Assembly: GCA_037133395.1 (NCBI GenBank)
Contig: JBAXOG010000003.1
Coordinates: 7,644 to 71,643 of the forward strand
Length of the DNA: 64,000 bases
Reading direction: 5' to 3'
Source: a bacterium
GTDB lineage: Bacteria > Verrucomicrobiota > Kiritimatiellia > RFP12 > UBA1067
Shown: positions 43,956 to 53,792 of the stretch, piece by piece
How the letters are laid out: each line of letters opens with the position of its first letter
Position numbering within the stretch: the first letter of the stretch is position 1
Notes under the pieces: model-generated
Databases searched by the model: none
What the model was told of the DNA's origin: nothing
What the model saw: the letters and a program-made list of their open reading frames with translations, nothing else
Made by a program: the position numbers and the translations under genes

Positions 43956-46900
43956 ATGTTTGAAAGAAGAGCAAGACAGGATTGGCAACGGACGGTTATC
44001 GGCTTGGCGACGCTGGGGCTGGTATTGGGCAAGGGCACTGCCGGCTGGGCCGTCTCCGCCGCAACGCCAAAGTCGGTGGCGATTGTCGGTTCCGTTGGGT
44101 TGGAAGAGGGTTTCGCCCGTCCCCCCGCAGAAACGAAGCCGTGGTGCTATTATTATTGGCTGAGTGGCCATATTTCAAAAGAGGGGATCACGAAAGATCT
44201 CGAAGCCATGGCGAAGTGGGGTATCGGCCGTGCATTTATCGCCGACATCAGCACTCCGGGTATTTCGCGTGGCCCAGTTGGAGCACTCGGTTCCGATGAA
44301 TTCTCCGAGATGCTCCAGCATGCAATCCGTGAGGGGGGGGCGCCTGGGCGTGGATGTCACACTATTCAACTGTGCGGGCTGGAGCCAGATGGGGGGTGTC
44401 TGGATTAAGCCAGAGGAGTCGATGCGCTACCTGGTCACAGCTGAGCAGCGGGTATCAGGGCCTTCGAAAGTTTCCGCAAAACTGCCGGAGATTCTCGTGC
44501 ATTCGCCAGCTGGCAAACTTACGCCGAGCGATCTCGTACAGGATGTGACCGTGCTGGCTTTTCCTGCCCCGCGGGAGGGACGCGACCGGCTCGCAGGAGC
44601 CGGCGTGACCATCAAGACCGAACCGCCGGTCGAGGGAGCCCGGAATTGGTTGGACAATGACCGCTTGACCTTTGCCGAGGTGCCGGTTGCCAAGGACGGA
44701 TCGCCCACGGTGATCGAGTTGACGACCGAAAAACCCTTCACCGCGCGCAGTCTGACCTTCCGCTTGCCCTGGTATGACGTGGAACGGAAGCGGGGCTCCG
44801 GAGGTTGCTTCGATGCGGATTGCGAATTGCTGGTCAAAGCGCCTGATGGAAGTTTCAGGAGCGTCAGGAAATTCGAATACAGACGCCAAAACTTTACCAT
44901 ATCCAGCGGACCGCTGATGCGAGGTCCTGTGTCAATCAGCTTTCCGGAGATCACCGGGACATGTTTCCGGATCGTCATGAACACTATCAAGAAGCATCCG
45001 TTTTACAACAAATTGCCGACTTATCTTGATGGCATCGAGCTTTCAGGAGCGCCGCGTCTGGAACGATTCGTCGAGCAGCAGTTGGGCAAGACGTATCCCG
45101 GGATCTTTCCTCCCTGGGATTATTATCTTTTTCCCGGACAAGCGGAGGCGGATGATGCCGCGCTTTGTGTCAAAGCCCAAGATATTCGAAATCTCAATGA
45201 ATATGTGAACAAGGACGGTTTGCTGACATGGGATGTCCCTGATGGCGATTGGGTTGTTCTCCGCGTCGCCATGATGCCAACGGGCAGAATGATTTCCCCC
45301 GCCGCCAAGGAGGCTACGGGTCTCGAGGTGGATAAGATGAGCCCGGTTGCGGTGAAGAAACATTTCGATGCTTACGTCGGGAAACTTCTTAAGCAGATGC
45401 CGGCGGCGGATAGAAAAGCCCTGCGCGGCGTCTCGGTTGATAGTTATGAAGCAGGTCCGCAGAATTGGACGGATGATGCGCGTGAACAGTTTATGAAGGC
45501 TTACGGCTACGATCCGCTTCCCTGGCTGACGACACTCACGGGGCGCGTCGTCGGCAGTGTTGAGCAGTCGGAACGTTTCTTATGGGATCTGCGTCGCCTG
45601 GTGGCGGATCGAATCGCCGCCACCTACGGAGCTTTTCAGGAGGTTGCCAGCGGCAATGGACTGGAATTCTGGCTGGAGCCGTATGGGCACTTCGGTTTTC
45701 CCGCAGAATTCTTGCAACTTGGCGGACGCGCCGACGGGGTTGGTGGAGAATTCTGGCTCAATCCAAAACATGGCGACATGGAGGTGCGCGCCGGCGTGTC
45801 CTCCGGTCACATCTACGGCAAGCAAAAGATCAGTTCCGAAGCGTTTACAGGGACTCCGTCTTACGGATATACCCAGGATCCATGGACCCTGAAACCGATC
45901 GGTGATCTTGCGCAGGCGTGGGGGATCAATCATTTTGTGCTGCACGTCTACATTCATCAGACCGATGACCGCAAGCCGGGGATGAATGCCTGGTTCGGAA
46001 CGGAATTTAATCGAAACAATACCTGGTTCGACAAGGGCCAGACATGGATCGACTATCTCCGGCGTTCCCATTTTCTGTTGCAGCATGGATGCGCTGTCGC
46101 GGACGTCGCCTATTTTATCGGCGAGGACGCACCCAAGATGAGCGGCATCCAGCAACCTGCCCTGCCGGAGGGTTACAGCTTCGATTATGTGAACGGCGAG
46201 GTCATTCGTGAGCGCATGAAAGAGGAGAACGGCAGGTTTGTTCTACCGGGAGGCATGTCGTATGCCCTGCTCGTGTTGCCTCCTTTGGATATGATGAGAC
46301 CTGAGCTGTTGAAAAAAATCCGCGATCTGGTAGCCGCAGGGGGTGCCGTGCTCGGAGCTCCTCCTGTCCGGTCGCCCAGTCTCCAGAACTATCCAAAGGC
46401 GGATGAGGAGGTCCGGCAGCTCGCGCGGGAGCTCTGGGGGGATTTGAACGGAAAGGAGAACACGAGCCGGAAGTTTGGCAAGGGTTGGGTTTTTCAGGGA
46501 CTTGATGTTCAGGCGTCATTGAACAAGCTGGGTGTCAAGCCGTCGATTGCCGGTTTGGAGGTGGAAGCCAAACCACGGGAAGACGGCTATAAAGATCCGC
46601 TGCCATGGACGCACCGTACCCTTCCGGACGGATCTCAACAGTTCATGGCCCTGCGCTGGCAGCATCGGAGCAGCGCAGAGGGGGAGATTTTTTATATCGC
46701 CAATCAAGCCGATAAGCGTCTGTCCGTTTCGCCGTCTTTTCGCGTAGAAGGCAAACAGCCGGAACTGTGGGATCCGGTCACTGCCGAGCATCGTTTGCTC
46801 CCGGATTTTGCGATCAAGGACGGGCGGACCGTCGTCCCGCTTGAGTTCGGGCCGCGTGAATCGTTGTTCGTCCTATTCCGCAAGTCAGCCCATGCTGCCG

Positions 46901-47409
46901 GCGGCGGAAAGAATCTCCCCTCCTACCGGACCGTTAAAGAACTGACGGGTCCATGGTCGGTGTCATTTGATCCTCAATGGGGTGGGCCGAAGTCGGTTGT
47001 GTTTGAGAAACTTGAGAACTGGCTGGACCGCAGCGAGGAGGGCATCAGAAACTACGGGGGGACTGCGGTTTATACCAAGACGTTTGACTTGCCCAAGTTG
47101 GAGCAGGGCAAAACGGTCCATTTGAATCTCGGAAACGTCAGGTCGCTGGCCAGTATCCGGCTCAATGGACGTGATCTGGGCGTGATCTGGTGTTACCCGT
47201 GGCGCTTGGAGATCACTTCGGCGGCAAAGTCCGGGCAGAACAAATTGGAAATCGAAGTGACCAATACATGGGTCAATCGCCTTCTGGCGGATACTAAACT
47301 GCCTGAAGAAAAAAGGCTCACTTATGTTGCACGGTCTGCGATCCGGGCTCAGAAACCTCAGGCTTCTGGATTGTTCGGGCCGGTGGTAATCGAGATGAAG
47401 GAGGAGTGA
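43956..47409 (+). pseudogene. GH106-like (alpha-L-rhamnosidase-type) glycoside hydrolase interrupted by a +1 frameshift in a G8 run
   Basis: Two ORFs, 43956..44408 and 44164..47409, overlap in adjacent frames. Removing one G from 44333-44340 joins ...EMLQHAIREGG to RLGVDVTLFNCAGWSQMGG.... The N-terminus (FARPPAETKPWCYYYWLSGHISKEGITKDLEAMAKWGIG) and the C-terminal jelly-roll block (LTGPWSVSFDPQWGGP...NYGGTAVYTKTFDL...LNLGNVRSLASIRLNGRDLG...LEIEVTNTWVNRLLAD) resemble this family. Confidence 0.65.
44333..44340 (+). repeat. G8 homopolymer at the frameshift point
   Basis: Read directly: gtgaGGGGGGGGcgcc. Frame A reads E G G A P G R and frame B reads R G G R L G V. Confidence 0.95.
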
Positions 47410-49778
47410 TCCACGGAGAATCTAATTTGAAGAGCTGCCAGAAACTGCTTGTTCGGATGGGCATGGCGCTTCTGCTGATGCGATGCGCATCGGCGGCTCC
47501 AAGGTCTGTCGAGATTCAGGTGGAGGTTGCGCCCGCTGCAATCGGATCGCGCGCGTCGGATGAATGTCCGGCGCGACTGGATCTGGATTTTCAACAGCTG
47601 CTCGCCAAGGCGGGCGCTCAGGGCAAGGTGGATTTTGATTCGCTGAAGGTCGTGCCGCTGGGTGCGTCTCCAGATGCGCTTAGTTTGCAGTTCCGGTGGT
47701 ATGACGCGGATATTCCCGATCCCTTCCCGGAGTTCAACGGCGTGATCAGTCGTACCAACGGCAAGCTGCGTCCAAAGCCCAGCGCTCGGTCTGGTTATTT
47801 CTACAACACCTCTGGAAGCGGCGACAAGGGATATCTGGCTTTCAGGCACAAGCAGGCGGGCGATCAGGCTTCGACCTATCAGTTGTCATTCACAGTCCTT
47901 CCGGCAGGAAGAACATCGGAAGGCAATGGGCGCAAGGGATGGCTGGGAGACGGTCAGTCGCGTTGCGGCGAAAAGGGCGAATCCACCACGGGCTCAGGTC
48001 ATTCGCGCATCACGCTGGACGATTGGAACGGAGACGGGCTCATCGACATCCTCCAAGGTGAGGAGTACGGCTGTCTGTTCCTGTATCCCAATACCGGCAC
48101 CGCGAAAGTGCCTCGTTTCGCTTACCGTAAATTTCTCCGAGATGCAGACGGCAGACCCATTGATGTCGGCACGCATGCTGCGCCACTGGTCATTGATTTC
48201 GATGGCGATGGGGTGAAAGATCTGCTGGTCGGCACCCATGTCAATCGTATCGTCTATTACAAAAATATCGGAACGAATAAAGATCGAAGACTCGGCTTCA
48301 AAGGCCTTGTGATGCACAACGGCAAGCCGGGAATCCTTCCGGCCAAGCCGATCATTGGGCGTAGCGAGGACGTCTTCAAGGAAGATTACTATCCGGTACT
48401 GGATGCGGTGGACTGGAACGGAGACGGACGCGTGGATCTACTGGCAGGCGGATATGTTACGGGTCGCGTGTATCTGCTGGAAAATCTTGGGAAGAACACG
48501 GACGGAACGCCGATTTTGTCCGACCCCAAGCCCTTGGAAGCAGATGGCAAGATCATCAACGTAGGCGACTGGTGCGCTGCACCTTGCGCCGTCGATCTGA
48601 ACGGCGATGGCAAGCTCGATCTGCTCAGCGGCAATCATCCCGGCAGCAAGGAAGCCCTCCAGGCGAATGTCTTCCTCCGTTATTACGAGGGTACGGGTTC
48701 GTCGTCTCAGCCGGCACTCGCGGAGAAGCCGATTCCTCATGATGGCGAATTTCCTCGCCCGATGCTCGCTACACCGCGTGCCGCAGATTTGAACGGCGAC
48801 GGCTTGCTCGACCTCGTTGTGTCGGGACGTCAGAACATCTACCTCTTCTACAACGTCGGGACAAAGACGGCTCCAAAGTTCAACGCGCATGAAAAGCCGC
48901 TACTGCTTGCGTGGGGATCCGATCCGATCGGCCTGCCGCAGTTCGTAGATTACAACCACGACGGTAAGCCGGATCTCTTCGACAACTATGTGATCGCGTT
49001 CAACAGCGGGGCGCCTTCACCGTTCAAGTTCGATCAGCGCAAAGCATTGCTGGCGCGCGGGGTCCGGATCGAACATCCCTCAGGCATCGGCGATGACTGG
49101 TTTTCTCCCTCTCTCTGCGATGTTGACGGCGACGGCGATTTTGATGTGCTCTTTGGCGACTGGTATGGCACGATCTGGTTTCATCGTAACAACGGCAACG
49201 ACGAAAAACCCGACTATGATGTGAAGGGGTATCGACTGAAGACAAAAGACGGTGTTGAAATCAAGGTCGGCCCGATCAGGAAAGATCCGAGCCAGGATTT
49301 CAATGCGCTTCAGGGCGCGCGAACCGTGGTGGCCGCCGGTGATGTGGATGGGGACGGGTTAACGGATCTTGTGGTCGGAGATAACTACGGTATTGTCCGG
49401 TTCTACCGCAATGCCGGGCCGAAGGACGATCCTGTTTTTGAACCTGCCGTGCAGGTAGGCGATGTGAAGATCCGCTGCAGCGTGGATCTGACCGATTGGG
49501 ATCATGACGGTAAAGTGGATATCATTGCCGGCAGTGCAGGAGGAACGGTACGCGTGTATCGAAACGTGCGGCACGACGGGAAGACGGCATTTGAAAACGG
49601 ATTCGATCCGCAACTCCCGCCGCTCAAGCAGCCGCGGGTGGCGATGGTCGATCTGAACGGCGATGGCGATGAGGATCTGTTCGTTCCGAGTCTTCAGGGG
49701 GCCGTGTGGATCGAGCGATCGTATCTTGAACGCGGTTATGCAAAGGCGAAAATCCTGAGCGTGAAGGCCTCGGAATGA
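47406..49778 (+). CDS. FG-GAP/VCBS repeat-containing secreted protein
   Basis: 790-aa ORF. GTG 47406 overlaps the previous stop (GTGA). An alternative ATG at 47457 gives MGMALLLMRCASAAP. At least nine calcium-binding-type repeats are present (DWNGDGLIDIL, DFDGDGVKDLLVG, DWNGDGRVDLL, DLNGDGKLDLL, DLNGDGLLDLVV, DVDGDGDFDVL, DVDGDGLTDLVVG, DWDHDGKVDII, DLNGDGDEDLF). Confidence 0.8.
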   Translation: MIHGESNLKSCQKLLVRMGMALLLMRCASAAPRSVEIQVEVAPAAIGSRASDECPARLDLDFQQLLAKAGAQGKVDFDSLKVVPLGASPDALSLQFRWYDADIPDPFPEFNGVISRTNGKLRPKPSARSGYFYNTSGSGDKGYLAFRHKQAGDQASTYQLSFTVLPAGRTSEGNGRKGWLGDGQSRCGEKGESTTGSGHSRITLDDWNGDGLIDILQGEEYGCLFLYPNTGTAKVPRFAYRKFLRDADGRPIDVGTHAAPLVIDFDGDGVKDLLVGTHVNRIVYYKNIGTNKDRRLGFKGLVMHNGKPGILPAKPIIGRSEDVFKEDYYPVLDAVDWNGDGRVDLLAGGYVTGRVYLLENLGKNTDGTPILSDPKPLEADGKIINVGDWCAAPCAVDLNGDGKLDLLSGNHPGSKEALQANVFLRYYEGTGSSSQPALAEKPIPHDGEFPRPMLATPRAADLNGDGLLDLVVSGRQNIYLFYNVGTKTAPKFNAHEKPLLLAWGSDPIGLPQFVDYNHDGKPDLFDNYVIAFNSGAPSPFKFDQRKALLARGVRIEHPSGIGDDWFSPSLCDVDGDGDFDVLFGDWYGTIWFHRNNGNDEKPDYDVKGYRLKTKDGVEIKVGPIRKDPSQDFNALQGARTVVAAGDVDGDGLTDLVVGDNYGIVRFYRNAGPKDDPVFEPAVQVGDVKIRCSVDLTDWDHDGKVDIIAGSAGGTVRVYRNVRHDGKTAFENGFDPQLPPLKQPRVAMVDLNGDGDEDLFVPSLQGAVWIERSYLERGYAKAKILSVKASE

Positions 49779-49854
49779 AGGAACAAGTGGAGTGATCGCA
49801 ATTATCCCCGTCATGCGAATCATACCATCCTTTTTTGCACATCCCAGTTGCTGC

Positions 49855-52185
49855 TCAGAACGTGATCGATGCTGATTGTTTGAAATAACCGTATCCGTAC
49901 GACACCGTGATCACGTCTCCCGAACGGGCCGGCATCTCGGCTGACAGAACCGCGCTGTCGGGTGTCTGTTCCGTCACCGTCACGTTGCGTTCCTGCCCGT
50001 TCACGGTCACCTGGACGGTCCCCTCTTCACGCTTGCCATAATCGAAGTTCAAGGGTGCTGTCAGCAGGATCATGATGCCGCCGGTCGTTTTCTTCAGCTC
50101 GATCACCGTGTGTTCGTATGCCAGATATGCCAGACTCAAATTGAACGGGGTGTTGAACTGAATCCAGCCTTCCGACCACCCGTAGTTCCCCTTTTCCGGA
50201 CAAAAAGGGTAGTGCCCGTTTTTCGGCGCGCCGTCGAGCACGAAACGTGCATCGGACAACTGGCCAATCCCTCCCCTGTACTGGGAAAACCATCCGTTCT
50301 CGACCCCTTCGATCTCTCGTGACGCATCATACGAGAAATGGCGTCCTACCGGATTACGTCCGAACATATTGTCAAAATGTGACCAGACCAACTGCGCCAC
50401 GCGTTGCTTTGACGCGGGATCTTTCACAAACGGCTTGACAGCCAGAAGTGCGCCAGGAAATCCCGTCACATTCCCGACCTCGTTCCACATCTGGGGCTTC
50501 GCGCCCATCGGTGTCCACTGATCCTCGCCATCGCCCAGCTTGCGGAAATCCCAGAGATTATCCGAACGCCGGAGCGCGACAACAACCCATTCGTCGAGCT
50601 TCTTCTGCAACCCCTCAGGCACGCGATCCGGATACGTCTTCATAAAATAGGATAGCCCCGTCATCGTGATGAATTCACTCATTCGTTGCCCCTTCGTGAC
50701 CTGCGAGTTATTCCAGTCCAGATTGGCGATCATCCATTCCACCTGCTGATAGGCGGCCTTAAAATAGGTTTCGACATCCGGCCGCTTCTCCCGTTGAGCC
50801 ACTTCATACAGCAGCAGATTGGGCTGGACAGTGAACCCGGGCGGATAGGCTCCTTTGGTGGAACCTGTTTTGGTCTTGAGTACAAACAGATTGTGCCCGA
50901 GACTCTCGTCGTAGGGGTAGCCATGGTCGGCCTTCTCCTCACTCCAATGTGCAAACGCATAGTCCCGCACCACACGATAGTTCTGCTCGGGAAGATAATG
51001 TTTCAACACGGGCCACGCATAGAGGAAATAGGCAAGTTGCGATTTCAGCATCTCATGCATCAGCCCTTGCGAAACAATCACATCAGCACCCCAGTGGATC
51101 AGCTTGACCAGATCGGGGATGTCCTCGCGATAGGGTTGCAGCGCGCCCCACAGATTGGTATTGCCCGGCGCCTGATACCGGATCTGCCGAGGCATACGGT
51201 CATACGCAGAGGGATTGGAAAGAAGCTGCGGAACAAGCGTGTTGAGTTCCCATCCAAAATGATGATCATCGCGCCAGCCGAACGAGCCACGACACCGGTT
51301 GGTGTAATTGCCGAGATAATGCCGGCTATCGATCATGAAATTGACTGCGTTCTGATAGGTCACACGCTCCAGCCACCAGCGCCCGATGCGGAACGGCACC
51401 GAGGTCAAGCCACTCGCCTCGACCACGTATTCAATCCCTTCCCCCGCCGCACCGTCAAATGCGGAGAAGTCGCCGATGTGTTTTTTAATCACGCCTTTGA
51501 ACGCAGCTTCCCCGCCCTTTTTGCTTCGCACCACAAAGGCTGTACCCTCCGCCAACGTCGGCGCGGTGAATCGTTTTGGCGCACCCACATTGAACCCGCT
51601 CTGATTCAGATAGAGCGACACGATCTCCGTTTGCAGAGCAACCGCCGTCGATTTGAGTGCGGGTACGTCGCCTGTGACGTCCCACACGACAAACTCCTTG
51701 ACGCGGGCTACATCCTGATGCGTCTTGCGGATCTCCAGCCGCAACCGATCCGTGACCACCTCAACCGTCTGGTCGAACAAGACGCTGACAGCCGTTGACT
51801 GGTTTCCAACGACCTCTGCAGAAGGGATCGACTGCCAGGCGTTATTTGCCCAGAAGCGTATCGTGAACGCTTCGACCACCCCTCCGTTTCCATATCCCGA
51901 ATAAAGGTGTATCCCCGCCAGCCGCTTCACGCCCTCCAGCCGGACTTCGAGCCATGCCCCGTTTTTGTCGGTCAGGCTCACCCAGCGTGATTCGTCGCTG
52001 ATCACACCGTCCGTCGCGAACCGGGCGGGGTACCCCTTCTTTTCCGAACTTGCCGTGGTTTCAATCACCTTGACCTTAGCCGCATGCACCACATTCGTGC
52101 CCGCCAGCGCGGAAAGAGCTAACAATACACCCGAGAGTGATAACGTCCCCAGCATACTCAATTGAACTATTTTTAATCTCTTCAT
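49855..52185 (-). CDS. secreted discoidin-domain protein with GH9-like (Ig-like plus alpha/alpha toroid) glycosidase region, tentative
   Basis: 776-aa ORF with a signal peptide. The N-terminus is F5/8 type C-like (GYPARFATDGVISDESRWVS). The segment LYLNQSGFNVGAPKRFTAP resembles the CelD_N Ig-like domain. FGWRDDHHFGWE and GRNPVGRHFSY...NYGWSEGWIQFNTPFN loosely resemble GH9 blocks. The CDS is confident; the family call is weak. Confidence 0.55.
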   Translation of the reverse strand: MKRLKIVQLSMLGTLSLSGVLLALSALAGTNVVHAAKVKVIETTASSEKKGYPARFATDGVISDESRWVSLTDKNGAWLEVRLEGVKRLAGIHLYSGYGNGGVVEAFTIRFWANNAWQSIPSAEVVGNQSTAVSVLFDQTVEVVTDRLRLEIRKTHQDVARVKEFVVWDVTGDVPALKSTAVALQTEIVSLYLNQSGFNVGAPKRFTAPTLAEGTAFVVRSKKGGEAAFKGVIKKHIGDFSAFDGAAGEGIEYVVEASGLTSVPFRIGRWWLERVTYQNAVNFMIDSRHYLGNYTNRCRGSFGWRDDHHFGWELNTLVPQLLSNPSAYDRMPRQIRYQAPGNTNLWGALQPYREDIPDLVKLIHWGADVIVSQGLMHEMLKSQLAYFLYAWPVLKHYLPEQNYRVVRDYAFAHWSEEKADHGYPYDESLGHNLFVLKTKTGSTKGAYPPGFTVQPNLLLYEVAQREKRPDVETYFKAAYQQVEWMIANLDWNNSQVTKGQRMSEFITMTGLSYFMKTYPDRVPEGLQKKLDEWVVVALRRSDNLWDFRKLGDGEDQWTPMGAKPQMWNEVGNVTGFPGALLAVKPFVKDPASKQRVAQLVWSHFDNMFGRNPVGRHFSYDASREIEGVENGWFSQYRGGIGQLSDARFVLDGAPKNGHYPFCPEKGNYGWSEGWIQFNTPFNLSLAYLAYEHTVIELKKTTGGIMILLTAPLNFDYGKREEGTVQVTVNGQERNVTVTEQTPDSAVLSAEMPARSGDVITVSYGYGYFKQSASITF

Positions 52186-52203
52186 ACTTTTTCTCCTCGA
52201 TGA

Positions 52204-53409
52204 TTAACTACCCAGCATGTTGAACTTTTTTTGAATCCTGTCACGGTTCGACTTTCGCACCCCGAATTTTAGCGCATAAGACGGCCAAGAACTGATCACA
52301 GATCGAACCTCGTCTATCATTTGTATGGCATCAGACTCATCAATGCCCACTCCGGCAGCCACGCGCTTGACCTGCGACAAACCTGGCGTACGCCCTTCGC
52401 CGCATACTGACGTCGTATGCTCTCCTCCAGGCCCTTCTGAAAACGTCAGATCATACCCCGGAGAAAGAGACCATCCGTCTTCGGGTTTAAATAGAAACGA
52501 GAAATTTTTAACATGGTCGTCCCGGTTATGAGCGATCACATTGAACAACATCAACCGATAAGCACGCCGAACGTCTTCCTGATTTCCTGTCAAAACACGT
52601 ACGACCTTCAGCACATCCTGATAATCACAGCAAGGCACACGGAAATCTGCGCCGATCAGATTCGCAAGACTGTGCATGTGGATACGCCGCCGCCCCACGC
52701 GGTCAAAACGTTTGACCCCGAAAAAGTCACCCTCCTTTACAGAGAACAATCGGCAGGGCGGAAACAAGATTCCAGCCGCTTGCGCCATTCCGGCATAAGC
52801 CGCTTCGACAGCACCGGTATCTGGAGAATCTGTTCGTGCAAAGAACTTCACCATCCAGGCTTCATATCCATCAGGATAGTCAAACGTGCCGGACAGAATA
52901 TCCTTGCCACAAACCCCTATTAAAACTTTCGGTCGAGCACCGCCAGGAGATCCGCCTGCTCGCATGAGTTCCGGTAACACCACCGCAGCATCTCCTTCAT
53001 ACACAGACCGTGCCTCTTTCGCCAAGCGTCCGAGATCAAACCCGGCAAGAACTTCTTCCGCCCCACGGTCCGGAGGATGAAACGAAAGCGCGCCCATTGC
53101 GCCCTCGCCAAGCCACGCCAGACGATCAAGCTCAGTCAGCGCAGAAGAGGATCGCCCCTGTTGCCGAAAAAAACGATCCATCAGTAAACGTCCCCAGCCA
53201 TCCGGGAGCGCATCGTCAAAAACACCTGGTAATCTGGCAAATGTCTGCAAGCCCGGCAACAGAGGAAGTTTAAACGGCGACAAAGCATACCCACGCGAAA
53301 GAAAGGCTTCATCGTACTCGAAAAAGAACGCACGGCCCTCTTCTGCCAACTCGCCAACAGCAATCACATCATCAGGCTGTGCGTGATATCGAACCTGAAT
53401 CCGTTTCAT
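52204..53409 (-). CDS. hipA: HipA-family serine/threonine kinase toxin (type II TA)
   Basis: 401-aa ORF. N-terminal HipA coupling region: SPFKLPLLPG...FDDALPDGWGRLLMDR. Kinase catalytic loop: IAHNRDDHVKNFSFL. It overlaps the upstream HTH gene by 4 nt. Confidence 0.85.
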   Translation of the reverse strand: MKRIQVRYHAQPDDVIAVGELAEEGRAFFFEYDEAFLSRGYALSPFKLPLLPGLQTFARLPGVFDDALPDGWGRLLMDRFFRQQGRSSSALTELDRLAWLGEGAMGALSFHPPDRGAEEVLAGFDLGRLAKEARSVYEGDAAVVLPELMRAGGSPGGARPKVLIGVCGKDILSGTFDYPDGYEAWMVKFFARTDSPDTGAVEAAYAGMAQAAGILFPPCRLFSVKEGDFFGVKRFDRVGRRRIHMHSLANLIGADFRVPCCDYQDVLKVVRVLTGNQEDVRRAYRLMLFNVIAHNRDDHVKNFSFLFKPEDGWSLSPGYDLTFSEGPGGEHTTSVCGEGRTPGLSQVKRVAAGVGIDESDAIQMIDEVRSVISSWPSYALKFGVRKSNRDRIQKKFNMLGS

Positions 53410-53711
53410 TTCAAACCCCGCTTTCGTGTCGGCTTGACCAATCGCTGCTCCAGTTCATCCATACTCCGCGCCTGTGCCGGTTTCAGCAATCCCGAAAATT
53501 CCTCGATTCGGCCCAGTGACAAAACCACTTTCAAGACCAGCAAAAAAGAAGCTTTCCCTGTATCCTCGAAACGTCTGAGCGAAGCCACAGTCACACCAGC
53601 CCGTGCCGCCAACGTCGTGCGCTTCCATCCCGCCATCAGTCGCAAGGCTTTTGTCCTCGCGCCAAATTGCACACTCAACTCCTCAGGCATCAATAGGTTC
53701 ATTAAATTCAT
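53406..53711 (-). CDS. hipB: XRE-family HTH antitoxin (HipB-like)
   Basis: 101-aa ORF with an HTH segment (TLAARAGVTVASLRRFEDTGKAS). It is translationally coupled to hipA. The start is uncertain (Met codons at 53711, 53702 and 53690) because the first ATG lies inside the operator palindrome. Confidence 0.75.
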   Translation of the reverse strand: MNLMNLLMPEELSVQFGARTKALRLMAGWKRTTLAARAGVTVASLRRFEDTGKASFLLVLKVVLSLGRIEEFSGLLKPAQARSMDELEQRLVKPTRKRGLK

Positions 53712-53733
53712 AATGATAATATATTATCATTAT
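53710..53733. promoter_or_regulatory. perfect 24-bp palindrome ATAATGATAATATATTATCATTAT (putative HipB operator 1)
   Basis: The sequence equals its own reverse complement. It lies at the 5' end of the hipB-like gene. Confidence 0.6.
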
Positions 53734-53750
53734 TTAGTATTAATGCAACG

Positions 53751-53775
53751 CTATTGATAATATATTATTCATTAT
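53751..53775. promoter_or_regulatory. second operator-like site CTATTGATAATATATTATTCATTAT
   Basis: It shares the 14-nt core TGATAATATATTAT with operator 1. The cores are about 41 nt apart. Confidence 0.5.
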
Positions 53776-53792
53776 TTCGCTACTCAATCCAT

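Noticed and set aside
43912-44299. Short ORFs 43912..44163, 43982..44299 and minus-strand 43917..44171 around the start of the GH106-like gene
   Set aside because: They overlap the N-terminal reading frame, which carries family-typical sequence (PWCYYYWLSGHISKEGITKDLEAMAKWGIG). They have no independent support.
974-51798. Many long antisense or out-of-frame ORFs inside strongly supported genes (e.g. 974..1654, 5325..6419, 6871..8007, 13452..14546, 21682..22788, 27408..28160, 37399..38397, 42962..43663, 50686..51798, 54786..55664)
   Set aside because: They are typical shadow ORFs of GC-rich coding DNA. They are Arg/Pro/Gly-rich with low complexity and no motifs, and each is fully overlapped by a gene with clear family signatures.
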